Source: Utricularia gibba (Eukaryota > Plantae > Magnoliophyta). Taken from it: a stretch of 36,064 nt of DNA. The position numbers and the translations under genes are program-made. The stretch lies in NCBI GenBank assembly GCA_002189035.1, contig NEEC01000369.1, positions 1-36,064 of the forward strand. The letters run 5' to 3'. The notes beneath the pieces were generated by a model that made no database searches, had not been told where the DNA came from, and worked only from the letters and a program-made list of their open reading frames with translations. Positions 22,341 through 34,968 of the stretch are shown here, in pieces. Numbering within the stretch: the first letter of the stretch is position 1; each line of letters starts with the position of its first letter.

Positions 22341-25300
22341 TTACGATATCACGTGCACCCACATGATTTTTTCAACAACTTACTTTATACTTGAGAAGGC
22401 GGTCTTGGGGTGCACCAGAACGGGACAAAGGTCAGGTTTGGCTTGCCCGAGAGTTAGTTGTAGCCCGGCAAAGAAAGTGATGTATTTATTAACGTTCGGT
22501 TTTCGGGTTGCCTACATGGTTTTGAACATCTTCTCGTTTTTTGGCGGCCAGTCTCGCTGGGAACTTGGTCCCCCGATTCTTATGGCTCATGGGTCAGGAT
22601 GCAAATCGATGAAAAAAAATGATGCATTTGTTTAAATTACGATATCACGTGCACCCCACATCATTTTTTCAACAACTTACTTTATACTTGAGGAGGTGGT
22701 CTTGGGGGGTGGAACCGGACAAAGGTTTTAGGCTTGGGCCGAAAGTAAGTTGTAGCCCGGCAAAGAAAGTGATGTATTTATTAACGTTCGGTTTTCGGGT
22801 TGCCTACATGGTTTTTCAAGGAACAACTTCTCCTTTGTGGCGGCCAGTCTCGCTAGGAACTTGGTCCGGGCCCCTGATTCTTTATGGCTCAAGAGGACAA
22901 AGGATGCAAATCGATAAATACAATGATGCATTTGTTTAAATTACGATATCACGTGCACCCCACATCATTTTTTCAACAACTTACTTTATACTTGAAGAGG
23001 CGGTCTTGGGGTGCACCTAGAACGGGACAAAGGTCAGGTTGGGCTTTGCCAGAGAGTTAGTTGTAGCCCGGCAAAGAAAGTGATGTATTTATTAACGTTC
23101 GGTTTTCGGGGTTGCCTACATGGTTTTTCAACGAAAAGCTTCTCGTTTTGTGGCGGCCTCTCGCTGGGAACTTGGTCCGGGCCCTGATTCTATATGGCTC
23201 ATGAGGTCAACCAGATGCAAATCGATGAATAAATGATGCATTTGTTTAAATTACGATATCACGTGCACCCACATCATTTTTTCAACAACTTACTTTATAC
23301 TTGAGAGGTGGTCTTGGGGGCAAGAGGAACCGGACAAAGGTCAGCTTAGGCTTGGCGAAAGTAAGTTGTAGCCCGGCAAAGAAAGTGATGTATTATTAAC
23401 GTTCGGTTTTCGGGGTTGCCTACATGGTTTTTCAAGGAACAGCTTCTCGTTTTGTGGCGGCCAGTCTCGCTAGGAACTTGGTCCGGGCCCCGATTCTTTA
23501 TGGCTCATGAGGACAAAAGGATGCAAATCGATGAATACAATGATGCATTTGTTTAAAATTACGATATCACGTGCACCCCACATCATTTTTTCAACAACTT
23601 ACTTTATACTTGAAGAGGCGGTCTTGGGTGCACCTAGAACGGGACAAAGGTCAGGTTGGGCTTTGCCAGAGAGTTAGTTGTAGCCCGGCAAAGAAAGTGA
23701 TGTATTTATTAACGTTCGGTTTTCGGGTTGCCTACATGTTTTTCAAGAACAGCTTCTCGTTTTTTGGCGGCCAGTCTCGCTGGGAACTTGGTCCGGGCCC
23801 CGATTCTTATGGCTCATGGGGTCAAAGATGCAAATCGATGAAAAAAATGATGCATTTGTTTAAATTACGATATCACGTGCACCCTACATGATTTTTTTCA
23901 ACAACTTACTTTATACTTGAGGAGGTGGTCTTGGGGGCAAGAGGAACGGAAAAAGGTCAGTTAGGCTTTGGCCGAAAGTAAGTTGTAGCCCGGCAAATAA
24001 AGTGATGTATTTATTAACGTTCAGTTTTCGGGTTGCCTACATGGTTTTTCAAGGAACAACTTCTCGTTTTGTGGCGGCCAGTCTCGCTAGGAACTTGGTC
24101 GGGCCCCCGATTCTTTATGGCTCAGAGGACAAAAGGATGCAAATCGATGAATACAATGATGCATTTGTTTAAATTACGATATCACGTGCACCCCACATCA
24201 TTTTTTCAACAACTTACTTTATACTTGAGAGGCGGTCTTGGGGTGCACCTAGAACGGGACAAAGGTCAGGTTGGGCTTTGAGTTAGTTGTAGCCCGGCAA
24301 AGAAAGTGATGTATTTATTAACGTTCGGTTTTCCGGGTTGCCTACATGGTTTTTCAAGGAAAAAGCTTCTCGTTTTGTGGCGGCGCTCTCGCGGGAACTT
24401 GGTCCGGGCCCCGATTCTTATGGCTCATGAGGTCAACCAGATGCAAATCGATGAATACAATGATGCTTTTTTTTTTAATTACGATATCACGTGCAGCCCA
24501 CATGATTTTTCAACAACTTACTTTATACTTGAGGAGGCGGTCTTGGGGTGCACCTGGAACGGGATAAAGGTCAGGTTGGGCTTTGCCAGAGAGTTAGTTG
24601 TAGCCCGGCAAAGAAAGTGATGTATTTATTAACGTTCGGTTTTCGGGGTTGCCTACATGGTTTTTCAAGGAACAGCTTTCGTTTTGTGGCGGCCAGTCTC
24701 GCTAGGAACTTGGTCCGGGCCCTGATTCTTTATGGCTCATGAGGACAAAAGGATGCAAATCGATGAATACAATGATGCATTTGTTTAAATTACGATATCA
24801 CGTGCACCCCACATCATTTTTTCAACAACTTACTTTATACTTGAAGAGGCGGTCTTGGGGTGCACCTAGAACGGGACAAAGGTCAGGTTGGGCTTTGCCA
24901 GAGAGTTAGTTGTAGCCCGGCAAAGAAAGTGATGTATTTATTAACGTTCGGTTTTCGGGGTTGCCTACATGGTTTTTCAACGAAAAGCTTCTCGTTTTGT
25001 GGCGGCTGCTCTCGCTGGGAACTTGGTCCGGGCCCCCGATTCTATATGGCTCATGAGGTCAACCAGATGCAAATCGATGAATACAATGATGCATTTGTTT
25101 AAATTACGATATCACGTGCACCCACATGATTTTTTCAACAACTTACTTTATACTTGAGAGGTGGTCTTGGGGGGCAGAGGAACCGGACAAAGGTCAGCTT
25201 AGGCTTGGCCGAAAGTAAGTTGTAGCCCGGCAAAGAAAGTGATGTATTTATTAACGTTCGGTTTTCGGGTTGCTACATGGTTTTTCAAGGAACAACTTCT

Positions 25301-28300
25301 CGTTTTGTGGCGGCCAGTCTCGCTAGGAACTTGGTCCGGGCCCCCGATTCTTTATGGCTCATGAGGACAAAAGGATGCAAATCGATGAATACAATGATGC
25401 ATTTGTTTAAATTACGATATCACGTGCACCCCACATCATTTTTTCAACAACTTACTTTATACTTGAAGAGGCGGTCTTGGGGTGCAAGAACGGGACAAAG
25501 GTCAGGTTGGGCTTTGCCGAGAGTTTGTAGCCCGGCAAAGAAAGTGATGTATTTATTAACGTTCGGTTTTCGGGCTGCCTACATGGTTTTTCAAGAACAT
25601 CTTCTCGTTTTTTGGCGGCCAGTCTCGCTGGGAACTTGGTCCTTGCCCCGATTCTTATGGCTCATGGGGTCAAAGATGCAAATCGATGAAAAAAAATGAT
25701 GCATTTGTTTAAATTACGATATCACGTGCACCCTACATGATTTTTTTCAACAACTTACTTTATACTTGAGGAGGTGGTCTTGGGGGGCAAGAGGAACGGG
25801 ACAAAGGTCAGCTTAGGCTTGGGCCGAAAGTAAGTTGTAGCCCGGCAAAAAAGTGATGTATTTATTAACGTTCGGTTTTCGGGTTGCCTACATGGTTTTT
25901 CAAGGAACAACTTCTCCTTTAGTGGCGGCCAGTCTCGCTAGGAACTTGGTCCGGCCCCTGATTCTTTATGGCTCATGAGGACAAAAGGATGCAAATCGAT
26001 GAATACAATGATGCATTTGTTTAAATTACGATATCACGTGCACCCACATCATTTTTTCAACAACTTACTTTATACTTGAGAGGCGGTCTTGGGGTGCACC
26101 TAGAACGGGACAAAGGTCAGGTTGGCTTTGCCAGAAGTTAGTTGTAGCCCGGCAAAGAAAGTGATGTATTTATTAACGTTCGGTTTTCGGGGTTGCCTAC
26201 ATGGTTTTTCAAGGAAAAGCTTCTCGTTTTGTGGCGGCAGCTCTCGCTGGGAACTTGGTCCGGGCCCCCGATTCTATATGGCTCATGAGGTCAACCAGAT
26301 GCAAATCGATGAATACAATGATGCATTTTTTTTTTAATTACGATATCACGTGCACCCACATGATTTTTTCAACAACTTACTTTATACTTGAGGAGGCGGT
26401 CTTGGGGTGCACCTGGAACGGGATAAAGGTCAGGTTGGGCTTTGCCAGAAGTAGTTGTAGCCCGGCAAAGAAAGTGATGTATTTATTAACGTTCGGTTTT
26501 CGGGGTTGCCTACATGGTTTTTCAAGGAACAGCTTCTCGTTTTGTGGCGGCCAGTCTCGCTAGGAACTTGGTCCGGGCCCTGATTCTTATGGCTCATGAG
26601 GACAAAAGGATGCAAATCGATGAATACAATGATGCATTTGTTTAAATTACGATATCACGTGCACCCCACATCATTTTTTCAACAACTTACTTTATACTTG
26701 AAGAGGCGGTCTTGGGGTGCACCTAGAACGGGACAAAGGTCAGGTTGGGCTTGCCAGAGAGTTAGTTGTAGCCCGGCAAAGAAAGTGATGTATTTATTAA
26801 CGTTCGGTTTTCGGGGTTGCCTACATGGTTTTTCAAGGAAAAGCTTCTCGTTTTGTGGCGGCGCTCTCGCTGGGAACTTGGTCCGGGCCCCCGATTCTAT
26901 ATGGCTCATGAGGTCAACCGGATGCAAATCGATGAAGACAAGATGCTTTTTTTTAAATTACGATATCACGTGCACCCCACATGATTTTTTCAACAACTTA
27001 CTTTATACTTGAGAGGCGGTCTTGGGGTGCACCAGAACGGGACAAAGGTCAGGTTGGCTTGCCCGAGAGTTAGTTGTAGCCCGGCAAAGAAAGTGATGTA
27101 TTTATTAACGTTCGGTTTTCGGGGTTGCCTACATGGTTTTTCAAGGAACATCTTCTCTTTTTGTGGCGGCCGCTCTCGCTGGGAACTTGGTCCGGGCCCC
27201 GATTCTTATGGCTCATGAGGACAAAAGGATGCAAATCGATGAATACAATGATGCATTTGTTTAAATTACGATATCACGTGCACCCCACATGATTTTTTCA
27301 ACAACTTACTTTATACTTGAGGAGGTGGTCTTGGGGGGCAAGAGGAACCGGACAAGGTCTTAGGCTTGGGCCGAAAGTAAGTTGTAGCCCGGCAAAGAAA
27401 GTGATGTATTTATTAACGTTCGGTTTTCGGGTTGCCTACATGGTTTTTCAAGGAAAAGCTTCTCGTTTTGTGGCGGCCAGTCTCGCTGGGAACTTGGTCC
27501 GGGCCCCGATTCTTTATGGCTCATGAGGGGATGCAAATCGATGAAAAAAATGATGCATTTGTTTAAATTACGATATCACGTGCACCCCACATTTTTTCAA
27601 CAACGTACTTTATACTTGAGGAGGTGGTCTTGGGGGGGAGGAACCGGACGCATAGGCTTGGCCGAAAGTAAGTTGTAGCCCGGCAAAGAAAGTGATGTAT
27701 TTATTAACGTTCGGTTTTCGGATTGCCTACATGGTTTTTCAAGGAACAACTTCTCCTTTAGTGGCGGCCAGTCTCGCTAGGAACTTGGTCCGGGCCCCTG
27801 ATTCTTTATGGCTCAAGAGGACAAAAGGATGCAAATCGATGAATACAATGATGCATTTGTTTAAATTACGATATCACGTGCACCCCACATCATTTTTTCA
27901 ACAACTTACTTTATACTTGAAGAGCGGTCTTGGGGTGCACCTAGAACGGGACAAAGGTCAGGTTGGGCTTTGCCAGAGAGTTAGTTGTAGCCCGGCAAAG
28001 AAAGTGATGTATTTATTAACGTTCGGTTTTCGGGGTTGCCTACATGGTTTTTCAACGAAAAGCTTCTCGTTTTGTGCGGCTGCTCTCGCTGGGAACTTGG
28101 TCCGGGCCCGATTCTATATGGCTCATGAGGTCAACCAGATGCAAATCGATGAATACAATGATGCATTTGTTTAAATTACGATATCACGTGCACCCTACAT
28201 CATTTTTCAACAACTTACTTTTACTTGAGAGGTGGTCTTGGGGGCAAGGAACCGGACAAAGGTCAGCTTAGGCTTGGGCGAAAGTAAGTTGTAGCCCGGC

Positions 28301-31300
28301 AAAGAAAAGTGATGTATTATTTACGTTCGGTTTTCGGGGTTGCTACATGGTTTTTCAAGGAACAACTTCTCCTTTAGTGGCGGCCAGTCTCGCTAGGAAC
28401 TTGGTCCGGGCCCCTGATTCTTTATGGCTCATGAGGACAAAAGGATGCAAATCGATGAATACAATGATGCATTTGTTTAAATTACGATATCACGTGCACC
28501 CCACATCATTTTTTCAACAACTTACTTTATACTTGAAGAGGCGGTCTTGGGGTGCACCTAGAACGGGACAAAGGTCAGGTTGGGCTTTGCCAGAGAGTTA
28601 GTTGTAGCCCGGCAAAGAAAGTGATGTATTTATTAACGTTCGGTTTTCGGGGTTGCCTACATGGTTTTTCAACGAAAAGCTTCTCGTTTTGTGGCGGCCG
28701 CTCTCGCAGGGAACTTGGTCCGGGCCCCCGATGCTATATGGCTCATGAGGTCAACCAGATGCAAATCGATGAAGACAAGCATGCTTTTTTTTTAATTACG
28801 ATATCACGTGCAGCCCACATGATTTTTTCAACAACTTACTTTATACTTGAGGAGGCGGTCTTGGGGGCACCTGGAACGGGATAAAGGTCAGTTGGGCTTT
28901 GCCAGAGAGTTAGTTGTAGCCCGGCAAAGAAAGTGATGTATTTATTAACGTTCGGTTTTCGGGGTTGCCTACATGGTTTTTCAAGGAACAGCTTCTCGTT
29001 TTGTGGCGGGCTCTCGCTGGGAACTTGGTCCGGGCCCCCGATCTATATGGCTCATGAGGTCAACCAGATGCAAATCGATGAAGACAAGATGCTTTTTTTT
29101 AAATTACGATATCACGTGCACCCCACATGATTTTTTCAACAACTTACTTTATACTTGAGAGGCGGTCTTGGGGTGCACCAAGAACGGGACAAAGGTCAGG
29201 TTGGCTTGCCCGAGAGTTAGTTGTAGCCCGGCAAAGAAAGTGATGTATTTATTAACGTTCGGTTTTTCGGGGTTGCCTACATGGTTTTTCAAAGAACATC
29301 TTCTCGTTTTTGGCGGCCAGTCTCGCTGGGAACTTGGTCCTTGCCCCGTTCTGTATGGCTCATGGGTCAAAGATGCAAATCGATGAAAAAAATGATGCAT
29401 TTGTTTAAATTACGATATCACGTGCACCCACATGATTTTTTCAACAACTTACTTTATACTTGAGGAGGTGGTCTTGGGGGGCAAGGAACGGAAAAGGTCA
29501 GCTTAGGCTTGGGCCGAAAGTAAGTTGTAGCCCGGCAAAGAAAGTGATGTATTTATTAACGTTCGGTTTTCGGGTTGCCTACATGGTTTTTCAAGGAACA
29601 ACTTCTCCTTTGTGGCGGCCAGTCTCGCTAGGAACTTGGTCGGGCCCCGATTCTTTATGGCTCATGAGGACAAAAGGATGCAAATCGATGAATACAATGA
29701 TGCATTTGTTTAAATTACGATATCACGTGCACCCCACATCATTTTTTCAACAACTTACTTTATACTTGAGAGGCGGTCTTGGGGTGCACCTAGAACGGGA
29801 CAAAGGTCAGGTTGGGCTTTGCCAGAGAGTTAGTTGTAGCCCGGCAAAGAAAGTGATGTATTTATTAACGTTCGGTTTTCCGGGTTGCCTACATGGTTTT
29901 TCAAGGAAAAGCTTCTCGTTTTGTGGCGGCTGCTCTCGCTGGGAACTTGGTCCGGGCCCCGATTCTATATGGCTCATGAGGTCAACCAGATGCAAATCGA
30001 TGAAATAAATGATGCATTTTTTTAAATTACGATATCACGTGCACCCACATGATTTTTTTCAACAACTTACTTTATACTTGAGGAGGGGTCTTGGGGTGCA
30101 GAGGAACGGGACAAAGGTCAGGTTAGGCTTTGCCGAAAGTTAGTTGTAGCCCGGCAAAGAAAGTGATGTATTTATTAACGTTCGGTTTTCGGGGTTGCCT
30201 ACATGGTTTTTCAAGGAACAGCTTCTCGTTTTGTGGCGGCCAGTCTCGCTAGGAACTTGGTCCGGGCCCCTGATTCTTATGGCTCATGAGGACAAAGGAT
30301 GCAAATCGATGAATACAATGATGCATTTGTTTAAATTACGATATCACGTGCACCCACATCATTTTTTCAACAACTTACTTTATACTTGAAGAGGCGGTCT
30401 TGGGGTGCACCTAGAACGGGACAAAGGTCAGGTTGGGCTTTGCCAGAGAGTTAGTTGTAGCCCGGCAAAAAAAGTGATGTATTTATTAACGTTCGGTTTT
30501 CGGGGTTGCCTACATGGTTTTTCAAGGAAAAGCTTCTCGTTTTGTGGCGGCGCTCTCGCTGGGAACTTGGTCCGGGCCCCCGATTCTATATGGCTCATGA
30601 GGTCAACCAGATGCAAATCGATGAAGACAAGCATGCTTTTTTTTAAATTACGATATCACGTGCACCCACATGATTTTTTCAACAACTTACTTTATACTTG
30701 AGAGGCGGTCTTGGGGTGCACCAAGAACGGGACAAAGGTCAGGTTTGGCTTGCCCGAGAGTTAGTTGTAGCCCGGCAAAGAAAGTGATGTATTTATTAAC
30801 GTTCGGTTTTTGGGGTTGCCTACATGGTTTTTCAAGGAACATCTTCTCGTTTTGTGGCGGCCGCTCTCGCTGGGAACTTGGTCCGGGCCCCGATTCTTAT
30901 GGCTCATGAGGTCAAAAGGATGCAAATCGATGAATACAATGATGCATTTGTTTAATTACGATATCACGTGCACCCCACATGATTTTTTCAACAACTTACT
31001 TTATACTTGAGGAGGTGGTCTTGGGGGCAAGAGGAACCGGACAAGGTCATTTAGGCTTGGGCGAAAGTAGTTGTAGCCCGGCAAAGAAAGTGATGTATTT
31101 ATTAACGTTCGGTTTTCGGGGTTGCCTACATGGTTTTTCAAGGAAAAGCTTCTCGTTTTGTGGCGGCCGCTCTCGCTGGGAACTTGGTCCGGGCCCCGAT
31201 TCTTTATGGCTCATGAGGACAAAGGATGCAAATCGATGAAAAAATGATGCATTTGTTTAAATTACGATATCACGTGCACCCCACATGATTTTTTCAACAA

Positions 31301-34300
31301 CTTACTTTATACTTGAGGAGGCGGTCTTGGGGCAAGGAACCGGAAAAGGTCAGCTTAGGCTTGGGCCGAAAGTAAGTTGTAGCCCGGCAAGAAAGTGATG
31401 TATTTATTAACGTTCGGTTTTCGGGGTTGCCTACATGGTTTTTCAAGGAACAGCTTCTCGTTTTGTGGCGGCCAGTCTCGCTAGGAACTTGGTCCGGGCC
31501 CCTGATTCTTTATGGCTCATGAGGACAAAAGGATGCAAATCGATGAATACAATGATGCATTTGTTTAAATTACGATATCACGTGCACCCACATCATTTTT
31601 TCAACAACTTACTTTATACTTGAGAGGCGGTCTTGGGTGCACCTAGAACGGGACAAAGGTCAGGTTGGGCTTTGCCAGAGAGTTAGTTGTAGCCCGGCAA
31701 AGAAAGTGATGTATTTATTAACGTTCGGTTTTCGGGTTGCCTACATGGTTTTTCAAGGAAAAGCTTCTCGTTTTGTGGCGGCCTCTCGCTGGGAACTTGG
31801 TCCGGGCCCCCGATTCTATATGGCTCATGAGGTCAACCAGATGCAAATCGATGAATACAATGATGCTTTTTTTTTAATTACGATATCACGTGCAGCCCAC
31901 ATGATTTTTCAACAACTTACTTTATACTTGAGGAGGCGGTCTTGGGGTGCACCTGGAACGGGATAAAGGTCAGGTTGGGCTTTGCCAGAAGTTAGTTGTA
32001 GCCCGGCAAAGAAAGTGATGTATTTATTAACGTTCGGTTTTCGGGGTTGCCTACATGGTTTTTCAAGGAAAGCTTCTCGTTTTGTGGCGGCCAGTCTCGC
32101 TAGGAACTTGGTCCGGGCCCTGATTCTTTATGGCTCAGAGGACAAAAGGATGCAAATCGATGAATACAATGATGCATTTGTTTAAATTACGATATCACGT
32201 GCACCCACATCATTTTTTCAACAACTTACTTTATACTTGAAGAGGCGGTCTTGGGTGCACCTAACGGGACAAAGGTCAGGTTGGGCTTTGCCAGAGAGTT
32301 AGTTGTAGCCCGGCAAAGAAAGTGATGTATTTATTAACGTTCGGTTTTCGGGGTTGCCTACATGGTTTTTCAAGGAAAAGCTTCTCGTTTTGTGGCGGCT
32401 GCTCTCGCTGGGAACTTGGTCCGGGCCCCCGATTCTTATGGCTCATGAGGTCAACCGGATGCAAATCGATGAATACAAGATGCATTTTTTTAAATTACGA
32501 TATCACGTGCACCCCACATGATTTTTTCAACAACTTACTTTATACTTGAGAGGCGGTCTTGGGGTGCACCGAACGGGACAAAGGTCAGGTTTGGCTTGCC
32601 GAGAGTTAGTTGTAGCCCGGCAAAGAAAGTGATGTATTTATTAACGTTCGGTTTTTGGGGGCTGCCTACATGGTTTTTCAAGGAAACATCTTCTCGTTTT
32701 GTGGCGGCCGCTCTCGCTGGGAACTTGGTCCGGGCCCCGATTCTTTATGGCTCATGAGGACAAAAGGATGCAAATCGATGAATACAATGATGCATTTGTT
32801 TAATTACGATATCACGTGCACCCCACATGATTTTTTCAACAACTTACTTTATACTTGAGGAGGTGGTCTTGGGGGGCAAGAGGAACGGACAAGGTCATTT
32901 AGGCTTTGGCCGAAAGTAAGTTGTAGCCCGGCAAAGAAAGTGATGTATTTATTAACGTTCGGTTTTCGGGTTGCCTACATGGTTTTTCAAGGAAAAGCTT
33001 TCTCGTTTTGTGGCGGCCGCTCGCTGGGAACTTGGTCCGGGCCCCTGATTCTTTATGGCTCATGAGGACAAAAGGATGCAAATCGATGAAAAAAATGATG
33101 CATTTGTTTAAATTACGATATCACGTGCACCCCACATGATTTTTTCAACAACTTACTTTATACTTGAGGAGGCGGTCTTGGGGGGCAGGAAACGGAAAAA
33201 GGTCAGCTTAGGCTTGGGCCGAAAGTAAGTTGTAGCCCGGCAAAGAAAGTGATGTATTTATTAACGTTCGGTTTTCGGGGTTGCCTACATGGTTTTTCAA
33301 GGAACAGCTTCTCGTTTTGTGGCGGCCAGTCTCGCTAGGAACTTGGTCCGGGCCCTGATTCTTTATGGCTCATGAGGACAAAAGGATGCAAATCGATGAA
33401 TACAATGATGCATTTGTTTAAATTACGATATCACGTGCACCCACATCATTTTTTCAACAACTTACTTTATACTTGAGGAGGCGGTCTTGGGTGCACCTAG
33501 AACGGACAAAGGTCAGGTTGGGCTTTGCCAGAGTTAGTTGTAGCCCGGCAAAGAAAGTGATGTATTTATTAACGTTCGGTTTTCGGGGTTGCCTACATGG
33601 TTTTTCAAGGAAAAAGCTTCTCGTTTTGTGGCGGCTGCTCTCGCTGGGAACTTGGTCCGGGCCCCCGATTCTATATGGCTCATGAGGTCAACCAGATGCA
33701 AATCGATGAATAAATGATGCATTTGTTTAAATTACGATATCACGTGCACCCTACATGATTTTTTCAACAACTTACTTTATACTTGAGAGGTGGTCTTGGG
33801 GGGCAAGGAACGGACAAAGGTCAGCATAGGCTTTGGCCGAAAGTAAGTTGTAGCCCGGCAAGAAAGTGATGTATTTATTAACGTTCGGTTTTCGGGGTTG
33901 CTACATGGTTTTTCAAGGAACAGCTTCTCCTTTAGTGGCGGCCAGTCTCGCTAGGAACTTGGTCCGGGCCCCTGATTCTTTATGGCTCATGAGGACAAAA
34001 GGATGCAAATCGATGAATACAATGATGCATTTTTTTAAATTACGATATCACGTGCACCCCACATCATTTTTTCAACAACTTACTTTATACTTGAGGAGGG
34101 TCTTGGGGGCAAGAGGAACCGGACAAAGGTCAGCTTAGGCTTGGCCGAAAGTAAGTTGTAGCCCGGCAAAGAAAGTGATGTATTTATTAACGTTCGGTTT
34201 TCGGGGTTGCCTACATGGTTTTTCAAGGAACAGCTTCTCGTTTTGTGGCGGCCAGTCTCGCTAGGAACTTGGTCCGGGCCCTGATTCTTTATGGCTCATG

Positions 34301-34968
34301 AGGACAAAAGGATGCAAATCGATGAATACAATGATGCATTTGTTTAAATTACGATATCACGTGCACCCCACATCATTTTTTCAACAACTTACTTTATACT
34401 TGAAGAGGCGGTCTTGGGGTGCACCTAGAACGGGACAAAGGTCAGGTTGGGCTTTGCCAGAGAGTTAGTTGTAGCCCGGCAAAGAAAGTGATGTATTTAT
34501 TAACGTTCGGTTTTCGGGGTTGCCTACATGGTTTTTCAAGGAAAAGCTTCTCGTTTTGTGGCGGCTGCTCTCGCTGGGAACTTGGTCCGGGCCCCCGATT
34601 CTATATGGCTCATGAGGTCAACCAGATGCAAATCGATGAATACAATGATGCATTTGTTTAAATTACGATATCACGTGCACCCTACATCATTTTTTCAACA
34701 ACTTACTTTATACTTGGAGGTGGTCTTGGGGGCAAGAGGAACGGACAAAGGTCAGCATAGGCTTTGGCCGAAAGTAAGTTGTAGCCCGGCAAAGAAAGTG
34801 ATGTATTATTAACGTTCGGTTTTCGGGGTTGCTACATGGTTTTTCAAGGAACAGCTTCTCTTTTTTTGGCGGCCAGTCTCGCTAGGAACTTGGTCCGGGC
34901 CCCTGACTCTTATGGCTCATGAGGAAAAAGGATGCAAATCCATGAATACAATGATGCATTTGTTTAAA

